Of a DNA stretch of 64,000 nucleotides, positions 11,082 to 21,210 are shown piece after piece (position 1 is the stretch's first letter; each line of letters starts with the position of its first letter). Where the stretch lies: IMG/VR virus record IMGVR_UViG_3300031951_000033, one strand, 5' to 3'. This stretch comes from an uncultured virus (IMG/VR IMGVR_UViG_3300031951_000033). Its lineage: Duplodnaviria > Heunggongvirae > Uroviricota > Caudoviricetes. Under the pieces are notes generated by a model that had not been told where the DNA came from, did not search any database, and saw only the letters and a program-made list of their open reading frames with translations. Position numbers and translations under genes: made by a program.

Positions 11082-13592
11082 ATGGCAAACAATCGCACAA
11101 AAATAGATCAGTTGCATGACTTGATGCCGGCTCATTTCAACACAAGGGGAAACCCTAATTGGAATGCCGTAATTGAGGCTATAGGTGAACAGGATCAAAA
11201 ACTGATGGATCTTCTTGAAGCGGTTAAGCAGCAATTTTTCATAAAAACTGCTTCAAGACCATATCTAGATAATCTCGCGGCGAATGTAGGCGTAACTAGA
11301 CCAAAACTGGTAGGCATGACTGATAATTCTTTTCAGAAGTTTATTCCAGTGATGTCTTACAAACCAAAACAAGTAAGGTTGATAATAAATCAGCTTCTTG
11401 ACGTCTTTTACTTCAAAGAATCTACTACTGCTTACTCTCAATCTACGGCTGCGCCGTTTGCTATGACCGATGGTCACAATCTTACTTATCTTATTGATGA
11501 GCAGTTCGCTGAAACTATATTCTTCTTCGACACCGACTTCGTGGATCCTGCTAATGCTACCGCTACAGAAATAGCAGCGGTCATAAATCGCCAAGCAAAA
11601 AACAGTTTTGCTATAGATAGATACGACAATGCGACAAAACTTAACTATGTAGAGATTTTTACAAAATCTATAGGTTCAGTCGGGTCGGTTCGTATCACTG
11701 GCGGTTTTGCCAACAATGTTCTTAGATTTAACGGGTATATAACCTCTGCTGGAAACGGCAGCAACACTCAGTGGACCATATCTAGAACAGGTGACAAAGT
11801 TTCTATGCAATTTGTCGGCGGGACAAATCCGGGCATAAACAACCTAAAAATAGGTGATATCATGATATCTCACCTTCCCGGCGTTGTGGCAAACCTGTTG
11901 CCCCAGGTTGTGAACGGAAACGAGGGATCTTTTGCTATTTCGGATATAGATATAGCTGCAGGCATACTCTACTTCACGAATTTGTTTGCGGTTCCTGGAA
12001 CTTACACACAAACAAGTGCTACTGATGTTAAGTTTTTTACACCGATCAAGAATGTTGCCTTTACTTCTAGTAACAGAGCTGGAACATGGGAAGTTTTGCC
12101 TGGCCAAGTGACAATAGAATTACCAAACTCTCCGCCCATAGTGAGGCGATCATTGATAGGATCGCAGCATGTTAATGGATCTTCCGATACCGTAACCAGC
12201 ATAACTGGTGGTAACACCATAAATCTTGTTAGTGGAAGAGGTTTTCCGCTTTCTGGTAATTTTTATCTCAGGCCACAGAGCGCGGTAACAAGCGTCAATG
12301 GTACAAGTACCAGCAAAGGAAGACTGATAGGAAGGCCGGTTAGGTACAGCTATACAACTCGTTCAGCTGCTTCTGTCACCGGAGATACAACTGAGGGCTC
12401 AAATGTTATAACCAACATAAGCTCTATGGTTGGCATAGCTGTTGGGCAGAACGTTTTTGCCGATGGTGTGCCGCAATATGCCTTTGTGGTCGGCATATTT
12501 CTTAGCACAGTGACTTTGTCACATCCTGCAACAATCACTGCAACGTCTGTGTCGATGCAGTTTGGTGGCAACGTGTTGCAAGGGATAACGCCTGCGCTTC
12601 CCGCAATATCTGCTATCGCAACAAAAACCTTGTCCTCTCTTACTAGGACCAGCAACATCGTGACGGCCGTAACGAGCACAGCTAACAACTATTACCCAGG
12701 CATGGGCGTCAACATTACTGGTTCTACGGGAATACCCATGGTGTCTGCAACCGGCGATATAAGCGTAGGTTTGTCTAGCATAACTTCTATGTCATCTACG
12801 GTCGGTATAGCCGTAGGTCAACTCATAATAAACACAAACGTTCCTGCTGGCACAAAAGTCACAGGAGTGGGTCCGGGATCTATAGTTTTTATGTCTAATG
12901 TTGCAACCGGTACCGCAGTAGGAGCAACGATATCGTTTAATGACAATGTTAATGGCGCAAGACTGATTCAGTCGGCAACTAGCTCATCTTTTACGTTTGT
13001 CAAAGCTGGCGTAAATGGATCCGCTGTTGTGGCCGGCTCAAGCTCTGTTGAGTCTACCGGATTTGCTTCTGCTGGAGCTGACGTGTTCTTGAGCGAATCT
13101 CAACCAGAATCTGTGACAAGGATAAAAGGTAGCTATGCTTGGGACTTAAATGCTCCGTATGTTTTATCTGCTAACAGCGGCCAGCTTACTTCATCAATTG
13201 TTGCCGGTACTACTGTTCCGGTTTTGAACTTAAATTCTAGTACAATTCCGCTGGAAGGCGGCTTTTTGATCTTTGATTATGGCCTAAATACGCAAGAAGG
13301 CCCCATTAAATATCTTTACGCCTCATCAAGCAATTCCGTGGTTATAGACCAGTCGTATGTATTTCAATATTCTCATTCTATCGGATCTAAGGTTATAGCT
13401 TTAAGTAGAAAAGGGCCTCATATAATGAGCGGACTAGGAACCGAGTATGCCGCTTACATGACAAATCCGCCCGATGTAAGGGTTACGCTAGAGAACTTAA
13501 TTAAGTCGGTCGCTAGTGCCGGTATTTATACACAATTTTTGATCAAATTTCCAGAACAAATTTACATTGGTGGCCCAAGTCCATATAGTTAA
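11082..13592 (+). CDS. Baseplate wedge protein (gpI/gp7-like) with inserted beta-rich repeats
   Basis: TASRPYLDNLAANVGVTRP motif; C-terminal LIKSVASAGI; follows the gpJ-like gene. Confidence 0.65.
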   Translation: MANNRTKIDQLHDLMPAHFNTRGNPNWNAVIEAIGEQDQKLMDLLEAVKQQFFIKTASRPYLDNLAANVGVTRPKLVGMTDNSFQKFIPVMSYKPKQVRLIINQLLDVFYFKESTTAYSQSTAAPFAMTDGHNLTYLIDEQFAETIFFFDTDFVDPANATATEIAAVINRQAKNSFAIDRYDNATKLNYVEIFTKSIGSVGSVRITGGFANNVLRFNGYITSAGNGSNTQWTISRTGDKVSMQFVGGTNPGINNLKIGDIMISHLPGVVANLLPQVVNGNEGSFAISDIDIAAGILYFTNLFAVPGTYTQTSATDVKFFTPIKNVAFTSSNRAGTWEVLPGQVTIELPNSPPIVRRSLIGSQHVNGSSDTVTSITGGNTINLVSGRGFPLSGNFYLRPQSAVTSVNGTSTSKGRLIGRPVRYSYTTRSAASVTGDTTEGSNVITNISSMVGIAVGQNVFADGVPQYAFVVGIFLSTVTLSHPATITATSVSMQFGGNVLQGITPALPAISAIATKTLSSLTRTSNIVTAVTSTANNYYPGMGVNITGSTGIPMVSATGDISVGLSSITSMSSTVGIAVGQLIINTNVPAGTKVTGVGPGSIVFMSNVATGTAVGATISFNDNVNGARLIQSATSSSFTFVKAGVNGSAVVAGSSSVESTGFASAGADVFLSESQPESVTRIKGSYAWDLNAPYVLSANSGQLTSSIVAGTTVPVLNLNSSTIPLEGGFLIFDYGLNTQEGPIKYLYASSSNSVVIDQSYVFQYSHSIGSKVIALSRKGPHIMSGLGTEYAAYMTNPPDVRVTLENLIKSVASAGIYTQFLIKFPEQIYIGGPSPYS

Positions 13593-13641
13593 ACTTAAAA
13601 TTAACTTTAATTGTAGTATAATTCAGTCTTAGGAGAAAACA

Positions 13642-16600
13642 GTGGCGGTACTAGGTAGAATTTTATTAAGTTCAAGTCAGCGTATAGACCTTGCAGATTT
13701 TCTTTCAATAGATGCTTATGCTGCGGGAGACTGGAAGTATTTTCTTCAGACCTTGGTTGGCGATACGGGCACATACGTCATAAAAGGATTTGATGTAATA
13801 AATGCTACTAGCGCCATAAACCAGTCAAGCCTATCGATACGGGCCGCTGATTCAGCGGTTTATTATCCCGAGTCTAGCGCCGGTCCTTTTTTCTACGGAT
13901 TGCCCGAAGGAACTCCAGGCGCCGAACCGCTGATTCCGGTACTGGTAGCCAACGCGACCAACTATATTTATCTAACGCTGTCTACGACCAATACAGCTGA
14001 AGACAGTAGGGCTTTTTGGGACCCAGATGCCAATGGAGGATCAGGTTCCGAGTACTCTGCACCAGTAAACACAGAAGAGGCTATTACCGCGACCATAAAC
14101 GTTTCTACCGGATCTTTTCCGCAGGGAACCGTGCCTATCGCGATAGTAGTGTGTTCTTCTAACGGCGACCTTCCTCAGATAGACGAAATAACTGACGCCA
14201 GAAGCATGATGTTTCGCTTGGGATCTGGCGGCATAAGTCCAAATCCCTTCAATACTTATTCGTGGCCTGATTTGCCTAGTTTGGCATCTGCTCGAAATGA
14301 ACCGCCAATTACTGCCACATTGGGCAGTACAGAAACCCCCTTTGAAGGCGGCGACAAAAACATAGCTTCTCTTAAAGAGTGGATGGACGCCGTGATGTCC
14401 CGCATAAGAGAGCTTGGCGGCACTCAATACTGGTACACTGATTCTTCGACGATGAGCCTGATGTCTCTCTTTGTCGACGCTCTTGCTACTGCAGTAAAAT
14501 CAAAAGGAACTTGGGAGTATTCTATTGCGTCTCCTGGCGTCCTTACATGGTCAGAAGATGTAATAATAAAATCTACTCAAGATTCTAGAGATTATATTCT
14601 TCGCGCAGGTAATACTGGCAGCACTCTGCTCAACGAGCATGTTTTGTATATCGCGATGGACAGAGGATATCAGTTTAACTCTGCCAATCAGGGCGTACAG
14701 TGGACAAGTGGCTCAACCCTTGTTTCAGCACCTGGCGGCGCGCTAGGACTTTTTGCTAATTTAAAGTTAGGTGATTACGTCAAGAAGACAACAGACTCTA
14801 ACGATAAGTTTCTAAGGGTTGAAGAATTCTACGTTAATTTTGCGGGTACCGGCACAGTTTCTTCTCCAGCTAATGCTGGCTCTATAAGGCTCAGCAGTAA
14901 TTACGCAGGGAGCAACGGAATCGCCGCAGGCACTGCCGATCAAGGTATATACGCGACTGCAAGCGTCGCAAGTAGAGGTGATGCCGCTATCGCGGCACTA
15001 GGCGGAGATTTTCATTGGCTCGCAGTACGATCTGACACTATACTCAATATAGCATCTATAGTGCCTGCAACTACAAGTGGTACCGTGTTAAGCGCAACAG
15101 GTTCCGTTGTGACTGTAAGCGCCACGGCGCATGGTCTTTCTGACAAAGACTTCATAACTGTAACTGCTCCAGCCTCCATACCGCAAGTACAAATCGATCG
15201 CATTGATGCAAACACCTTCTCGTTTTCATCTACCAGTACAGCCACTGGCGCATTCACTGCGCATTCTGCTGTTGTAACTACTGCGGCAAGACAAAATTCT
15301 CCGTACAACTCTTATGTGCTCGAGAATGCCGATAATAATTTCGCTAATGGTGATGTTGTAGACATAGCTGGCGCCTCAATTGCTGGCTACAATGCCAAGT
15401 ATCAAAACATAAATTCTCGCAGTGCTACCTCGTTCAACATACCGATTCCTTCTGCCTTGGGAACTCCCACCGTATCTAGTGCAACGGCAACAGCGGCTAG
15501 AGTTATAGTAAGAACCGAAAACGGAAATTCAACTCTTGCTCAAGGCATGGTTATAGACATAACCGATACATTTGCTAGCAACGTTATGTCGTTCTTGGGC
15601 ATGACGTCGTCTGCACAGACTTCGCCCCAGTACTCTCTACCTTCTAGCTACAACACGTTGTTTGGTCAGAGCAGTTTTAACTCTAGCACTACAGACGATG
15701 TAACAGCGAGACTCAGCAAGCTCACGGCGATGATGGCCGATAGGGCGCAGGACAAGAACATACATCCTCTTCCTGTCGGACTTGTCACTATCGACAACAC
15801 GACTAACGGCGCAGCTCAAGAGATAACCTTTACTTCTGGTTCTACTCTAGTGCTGAACCAACCTGGCAGCGGCGGTAATGCAACTATCACGCTTCCTTCT
15901 TCTGCTCCAGGCATAAGTCTTCTCGGAAATCAGTCTGCTTACGTAGAAATAGACAGGAATGCGTCTAAATCTATATCTGGCATCGGAACCGGATCCAATA
16001 ATATCGTCATAACGAACACCACCGATGTTCCTGTTGGCGAGAACATCTTCGTGATAGCGAGCAGGATAACTGGCTCGGACATCTATCTCTGGGACGGAAA
16101 CAGATACGGTGCAGGTCAGACATCTCCGTTTGATCCGCTGATGGACAGAAACACCGCACTAGAAGACGGCGGCATAATGTCGTACTCCGTGTCTACCGGT
16201 GTAGGCACGCTGACTTTTACACAGAACCTTAACTTGGTTCTTAACTCTACTTCAGGCGGCACTCCAACTACAATAAATCTTGGCTCTTCTAGCAGAACTT
16301 TTACCAACAACGGCGACATGTGGTACGTGATAATAAATCGCGCTACTGGTGCAGTCGTCACGAACACTGTTGTCACAGCAGCCACGGGTCTTCCGACCAT
16401 TCAGGCCAATCAACAGGTCTTCTTGATCGCCAAGCGCTCTGACTCTGCTGACTCCAATCTCGTGTCGTACGGAATGGCGTCTCGCCTGTACTTCCGTAAC
16501 GGATTCACGATGGTGCAGGGACAGATAAGTCCCATGGGCAATGACAAGACGTTCATATCGCCCGTCAACTTTGTTCCTACCAACGTCTCTGGCGCCGGCA

Positions 16601-19128
16601 CATTCGATCTCACCTCTCAGGCTACGCCGTTCATAAGGTTCACCGCTGCACCGACCTCTCTTAGAAGAATAGCAGCTGGTTCTAGCGGCCAGTTCTTGAT
16701 CATCAAGAACGCATCTGCGAGCAGCTTTACGGTCACAAATGCTGCTGGAGCAGGTACAGGAGCTCAGATCATAACCGGTACTGGCGTAGACCTGACATTG
16801 TCTTCTAACGCGTCTATAAGTCTTATATACGACGCCACTAGCGCAACATGGAATATCGTCGGTGGAACCGGTTCGGGTGTTGGCTCTAACTTCCCGTACA
16901 ATGACGATCTTATAACCACTCTGTTTAGGGCTAAGATAACTGATACGTTCACTGAGCCTGCTTCTGCAACTGCCTCTACTATCGACGGTACTGCAAACGT
17001 AACTAACGCTACGTTTCTTGCATCAGCTCCGATGTATCAGCTTCAGTATGATGCGAGCAAGACTATAGCCGCAGGTACCACAACCACCAACATTGTCCTT
17101 AATTCCGCGATCACAAGCGGTTATACAGCCGCTGTCGGCGACATGGTTATAGTTGGAACCGGTACTGTCGCACCGATTGCCCGCAGAATCACCGCTGTAG
17201 TCACCCCCAATACGGTATTCACCGTAGAAGCGTTTCCGACTGCTCCAACTGTCAGTGCTCAAGTTACTGTGTCTCAGGCAGTGGTCACTAAGAACCTGTA
17301 CACCAGTAACTTCGACGGAGACTCGCTGTCGGTCACATACAGCGCGGCTGCATTTCAAGAGATACTGGTAGACTATGAAGACTCTACTGGTGCCACCAAC
17401 ACCACTTTTGACATCGCGTCTGCGCCCGTGATAGGTTGGTCCGCGTCGAACGATCTTGGCACAAACTGGTCTACTGTAGGGGTAAGACCTACGCTGCAAA
17501 CTACCACAGCCAACTCATCGTTTCTTGCTGCCTCATCGTCTTCTGGGCTTAATGTTAGGTTCTTTGCTAACAGGACGTCTGGAGACGGTACTGCAAGCCC
17601 GATAAACCTGTTGACCTACAGGACATACTTGCTCAAGGACAGCACGTCATCTTATGGCTCGCAGAACTCTGCTATAGGTTTCACTGACAGTCCTACAACG
17701 TCAAGTGTCAGCGTTAACTGCACCATAACCACTGTGGGCGGCAAAACAAGGATTACCCTAAATTTCCAGTACGCCGTGGGTGTGTCGTCTGGATCGCCGT
17801 ACGGCGCGCTGGACGTATATCTCAACGGTCAGATACTGCCTCGTTTCATCAACAGCACTGTTACACCTGACGCAAGTTATACTGAAGTAAACGCCAACGT
17901 AATCGATCTCGACCAGAACTATGGAACGGTAAACCTTGCGGTTGAGGTCATACAGCGTGTCACTGTGACAGACACCAACACGCAGAACACTACCAACATC
18001 GCGTCGTTGCAAGCTAATGCCAATGCTAGAAACTACGTGATAAACGGCGCTCTTGATTTCTGGCAAGCCGTTGGATCAAGTACCTCTACGGTTAACACAG
18101 CAACAGCGACAACTACATTTGCCGCTGACATGTTTAACGCTTACAGTCAGGGAACTACCGTTAAAAACTACTCTGTCGCAAGAAATACGGCGTCGCTGCC
18201 CACGTTTGCACAGTCTGGCTTTAACAGTCAATACAGTTACTTGTTCACTATGCTGACTGGTATAGCAACCTTTACTGCGGCCAATGACTACGTAAGTCCT
18301 TTTTCTGCGAGATTTGAATACTCAAATATCAGGCAAATTTTAGGAAAGACTGTTACATTTGGTTTTTGGACAAGAGCTTCTGTTACCGGTACTTACAGCT
18401 TCGCGTTGACCGATAATCCTCTGGTTGGTCTATATAATTATGTAACGACGTTTACGATAAACGCAGCCAACACGTGGGAGTTTAAGAGTATAACTTTAAC
18501 GCTTCCAAATATACCGCAGCCGCTTTCTTCAGAAAATGTCTCTGGATTAGAGATATACATAGGCGTGTGCGGTAATGCTGCCTCTTACAGCACATCCGTG
18601 TTGAACACCTGGACCACGCCAACAGTTACTCCCTTTTATTTCTCTAACACAAGCGTAAATTGGATGGCCACTACAAACGCCACGCTCTATATAGCTCAAC
18701 TCAGTTTAACTGAAGGTGCATTTGGTCTAGGCGCAACAGGCTTTAGGAGAAATCAAGCTACTATAGGCGCTGAGCTGCAAGCCTGTCAGAGATATTACGA
18801 AAAGAGCTACGATCTCGATGTGGTTCCAGGGACGTCCACATCAAATAACCAAGTGATGCTGATCGCTTCAGTTTCAAGGGCCGCAGGTCTTGGAGGCGGC
18901 AGAAGCAGTAGCATGTACGCCTATAAGGTCAACAAACGTGGTTTTCCAACTGTCACACTTTATTCTCAAACTGGCGCTTCGGGCAACGTTCTTGACACGT
19001 CTACTAATGCTAACGTAGCGGCCACTATAGATCCAACCAACAACGCGATTGGTTTTGGTGCCAATGCGTCTGGCGCTGCTCCTGGTGCTGCGCTATATCT
19101 TCATTTTGTTGCTGATTCGAGGTTGTGA
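13642..19128 (+). CDS. Long tail fibre / baseplate-attached fibre protein, 1828 aa
   Basis: GTG start with AGGAG SD; S/T/G/A-rich multidomain protein; C-terminal RNYVINGALDFWQ...ELQACQRYYEKSY...HFVADSRL domain typical of phage tail-fibre tips. Confidence 0.8.
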   Translation: MAVLGRILLSSSQRIDLADFLSIDAYAAGDWKYFLQTLVGDTGTYVIKGFDVINATSAINQSSLSIRAADSAVYYPESSAGPFFYGLPEGTPGAEPLIPVLVANATNYIYLTLSTTNTAEDSRAFWDPDANGGSGSEYSAPVNTEEAITATINVSTGSFPQGTVPIAIVVCSSNGDLPQIDEITDARSMMFRLGSGGISPNPFNTYSWPDLPSLASARNEPPITATLGSTETPFEGGDKNIASLKEWMDAVMSRIRELGGTQYWYTDSSTMSLMSLFVDALATAVKSKGTWEYSIASPGVLTWSEDVIIKSTQDSRDYILRAGNTGSTLLNEHVLYIAMDRGYQFNSANQGVQWTSGSTLVSAPGGALGLFANLKLGDYVKKTTDSNDKFLRVEEFYVNFAGTGTVSSPANAGSIRLSSNYAGSNGIAAGTADQGIYATASVASRGDAAIAALGGDFHWLAVRSDTILNIASIVPATTSGTVLSATGSVVTVSATAHGLSDKDFITVTAPASIPQVQIDRIDANTFSFSSTSTATGAFTAHSAVVTTAARQNSPYNSYVLENADNNFANGDVVDIAGASIAGYNAKYQNINSRSATSFNIPIPSALGTPTVSSATATAARVIVRTENGNSTLAQGMVIDITDTFASNVMSFLGMTSSAQTSPQYSLPSSYNTLFGQSSFNSSTTDDVTARLSKLTAMMADRAQDKNIHPLPVGLVTIDNTTNGAAQEITFTSGSTLVLNQPGSGGNATITLPSSAPGISLLGNQSAYVEIDRNASKSISGIGTGSNNIVITNTTDVPVGENIFVIASRITGSDIYLWDGNRYGAGQTSPFDPLMDRNTALEDGGIMSYSVSTGVGTLTFTQNLNLVLNSTSGGTPTTINLGSSSRTFTNNGDMWYVIINRATGAVVTNTVVTAATGLPTIQANQQVFLIAKRSDSADSNLVSYGMASRLYFRNGFTMVQGQISPMGNDKTFISPVNFVPTNVSGAGTFDLTSQATPFIRFTAAPTSLRRIAAGSSGQFLIIKNASASSFTVTNAAGAGTGAQIITGTGVDLTLSSNASISLIYDATSATWNIVGGTGSGVGSNFPYNDDLITTLFRAKITDTFTEPASATASTIDGTANVTNATFLASAPMYQLQYDASKTIAAGTTTTNIVLNSAITSGYTAAVGDMVIVGTGTVAPIARRITAVVTPNTVFTVEAFPTAPTVSAQVTVSQAVVTKNLYTSNFDGDSLSVTYSAAAFQEILVDYEDSTGATNTTFDIASAPVIGWSASNDLGTNWSTVGVRPTLQTTTANSSFLAASSSSGLNVRFFANRTSGDGTASPINLLTYRTYLLKDSTSSYGSQNSAIGFTDSPTTSSVSVNCTITTVGGKTRITLNFQYAVGVSSGSPYGALDVYLNGQILPRFINSTVTPDASYTEVNANVIDLDQNYGTVNLAVEVIQRVTVTDTNTQNTTNIASLQANANARNYVINGALDFWQAVGSSTSTVNTATATTTFAADMFNAYSQGTTVKNYSVARNTASLPTFAQSGFNSQYSYLFTMLTGIATFTAANDYVSPFSARFEYSNIRQILGKTVTFGFWTRASVTGTYSFALTDNPLVGLYNYVTTFTINAANTWEFKSITLTLPNIPQPLSSENVSGLEIYIGVCGNAASYSTSVLNTWTTPTVTPFYFSNTSVNWMATTNATLYIAQLSLTEGAFGLGATGFRRNQATIGAELQACQRYYEKSYDLDVVPGTSTSNNQVMLIASVSRAAGLGGGRSSSMYAYKVNKRGFPTVTLYSQTGASGNVLDTSTNANVAATIDPTNNAIGFGANASGAAPGAALYLHFVADSRL

Positions 19129-19439
19129 TGAGAGAGTTTAAAAAAGGCAATAACACAAAAGAGAAACATGAACAGAGCATGATCATCATGGTTGATGACG
19201 CTGGCGTCGAATCGTGCGTGCCAGTAGACATAACAAACAGAGACTACATGCAGTACATGATGTGGCTGAAAGAGGGTTATGAGCCGTGGGATTCTGACGA
19301 AGAGGTAGACTGGGAGCAGTCATGGGAGAAGGTTAAGTCTATGCCTGTGGCCGAAGAAACTAACGCTGAGCCAGCGCCGACAAAATCCAAACGAAGAAAG
19401 AAGCCTAGCGCTACACCTCCAGACGCCGTGGAGGGATAA
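19125..19439 (+). CDS. Tail fibre assembly chaperone-like protein
   Basis: VPVDITNRDYMQYMMWLKEGYEP matches the IP.D..N.DY..Y..W...G..P motif of small fibre-associated proteins; overlaps the fibre stop codon. Confidence 0.6.
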   Translation: MMREFKKGNNTKEKHEQSMIIMVDDAGVESCVPVDITNRDYMQYMMWLKEGYEPWDSDEEVDWEQSWEKVKSMPVAEETNAEPAPTKSKRRKKPSATPPDAVEG

Positions 19440-20002
19440 TGTGCAAGATTTCTGGTGTCCAATATAGTGGAACTCCTGCTGGAACAATTCTTCCTTGCGG
19501 GAACGGTTCCGCTTTGCCTCGCACAGTGCTATGTAATGGAGGACAATACTCAAAAACTGATCCTATTTATGCCGCTTTATTCGCAGCAATTGGCATTACT
19601 TTTGGAGAAACTAATGGTTCTGGCGGCGTCGGTACAACTCATTTTAGAGTGCCAGACACAAGAGGTATTTTTCTTAGAGGAGCAGGCAGCCAAGTAATAG
19701 GGGCGAGCACATATTCAGCGACCATAGGGACTTCTCAAAACGATCAAACTGGGGCCCACACTCACAACGAAGGAACATTGACTGCAAACATAAATCATAA
19801 CGGAGGTAATCTTTTTTCACAAGAAGTGACAGCCCCTGCTTCATACGTATCAAATTTTAATGCAGGAATAGCAGGTGGTTTTGGAGGTTCATCACAAACC
19901 GATGGAGTTAAAGTACAAGGCGTAACTGCTACCAACAATGCCATAACAAGTAACGAAACTCGCCCTGCTAACGTAGGCATCAATTACTGTATAGCTTATT
20001 GA
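19439..20002 (+). CDS. Phage tail-collar domain protein (short fibre)
   Basis: PAGTI...LCNG...YAALFAAIG..FG...FRVPDTRGIFLRG; QNDQTGAHTH; ETRPANVGINYCIAY. Confidence 0.9.
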   Translation: MCKISGVQYSGTPAGTILPCGNGSALPRTVLCNGGQYSKTDPIYAALFAAIGITFGETNGSGGVGTTHFRVPDTRGIFLRGAGSQVIGASTYSATIGTSQNDQTGAHTHNEGTLTANINHNGGNLFSQEVTAPASYVSNFNAGIAGGFGGSSQTDGVKVQGVTATNNAITSNETRPANVGINYCIAY

Positions 20003-20008
20003 GGAACA

Positions 20009-21202
20009 ATGAGTAAGATAGCTGGTATACATAACTTTCAGTTCGTGAGTAAGAGCGTCAAGGCTAGTTTTCGCAACAGCGTTGGTGGGGTTTTTGCCTT
20101 TAACGATCTTGAAACATGGTCCTTAGCAAATCCTGCTCCAACTTCAACATTGGGTTCGTCAATACTTTCAGATTTAACTGCTACTGCCGCTAACTTCAAT
20201 CAAAGTTCAATAAACGACAATACGATCACTCCGTCTGGATCATATCCAGGTACTTTTGCCGCAATGCAAGGCGGCGTTCTTCTACCAGACGGCAGAGTAT
20301 TCTGTGCGCCGCGTGACTCGACTACAGCGCGCATATACAATCCATTTAACGACACGCTGATCACTCCGTCTGGAACATATCCAGGTGGTTTTGCGGGTGC
20401 TGTGCTTCTTGCGGACGGTAGAGTGTTCTGCGTTCCAAATAACTCAACTTCAGCTCGAATATACGACCCAGTTACAGATACACTAATCACTCCATCTGGA
20501 ACGTATCCAGGTAGTAGTGCTTTTGCCGGTGGAGTACTCCTACTAGATGGCCGAGTGTTCTGTGTGCCGCAGAACTCAACTTCAGCTAGGATATACAATC
20601 CAATCACAGATACGCTGACCACTCCAGCGGGGACATATCCAGGCACTAACGCTTTTTTTGGTGGAGTGCTTCTTCCAGATGGTCGAGTGTTCTGCGTTCC
20701 ATCTAGCTCAACTTCAGCTCGTATATACGATCCGATCACAGATACGCTGACTACTCCGTCTGGCGCATATCCGGGTGCTACTGCCTTTCAGGGCGGAGTA
20801 CTTCTTCCAGATGGTAGAGTGTACTGTGTTCCTAGTAGTTCGGCCACCGCTCGGATATACAACCCAGCCACAGACACACTGACTACTCCAACTGGAACGT
20901 TTCCAGGCACTGCTGCTGCTTTTCAGTGTGGAGTGCTTCTTCCAGACGGTAGAGTGTTCTGCGCCCCTAATGCTTCAGCTACCGCTCGCATATACAACCC
21001 AGTCACGGACACGCTGACTACTCCAGCGGGGACATACCCAGGCGTCGCCGGTTCTATGTTTGGCGCAGTTCTTCTTACAGACGGCAGGGTTTTTTGTTTT
21101 GCTGGTAGTTCGACCTCAGCTCGTATAGCTGTGGGATCTTTTTCGCGTTCCGTTAGCTTTGAAAGAGACACGCTGTTAGGGCCATTTTTGAATAAACTTT
21201 AA
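20009..21202 (+). CDS. 7-bladed Kelch/galactose-oxidase-like beta-propeller, paralog 1 (putative receptor-binding protein)
   Basis: Seven ~42-45-aa repeats GGVLLPDGRVFCVPxxSTSARIYxPxTDTLTTPxGTYPG; tail-gene context. Confidence 0.75.
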   Translation: MSKIAGIHNFQFVSKSVKASFRNSVGGVFAFNDLETWSLANPAPTSTLGSSILSDLTATAANFNQSSINDNTITPSGSYPGTFAAMQGGVLLPDGRVFCAPRDSTTARIYNPFNDTLITPSGTYPGGFAGAVLLADGRVFCVPNNSTSARIYDPVTDTLITPSGTYPGSSAFAGGVLLLDGRVFCVPQNSTSARIYNPITDTLTTPAGTYPGTNAFFGGVLLPDGRVFCVPSSSTSARIYDPITDTLTTPSGAYPGATAFQGGVLLPDGRVYCVPSSSATARIYNPATDTLTTPTGTFPGTAAAFQCGVLLPDGRVFCAPNASATARIYNPVTDTLTTPAGTYPGVAGSMFGAVLLTDGRVFCFAGSSTSARIAVGSFSRSVSFERDTLLGPFLNKL

Positions 21203-21210
21203 GGAAAAGT

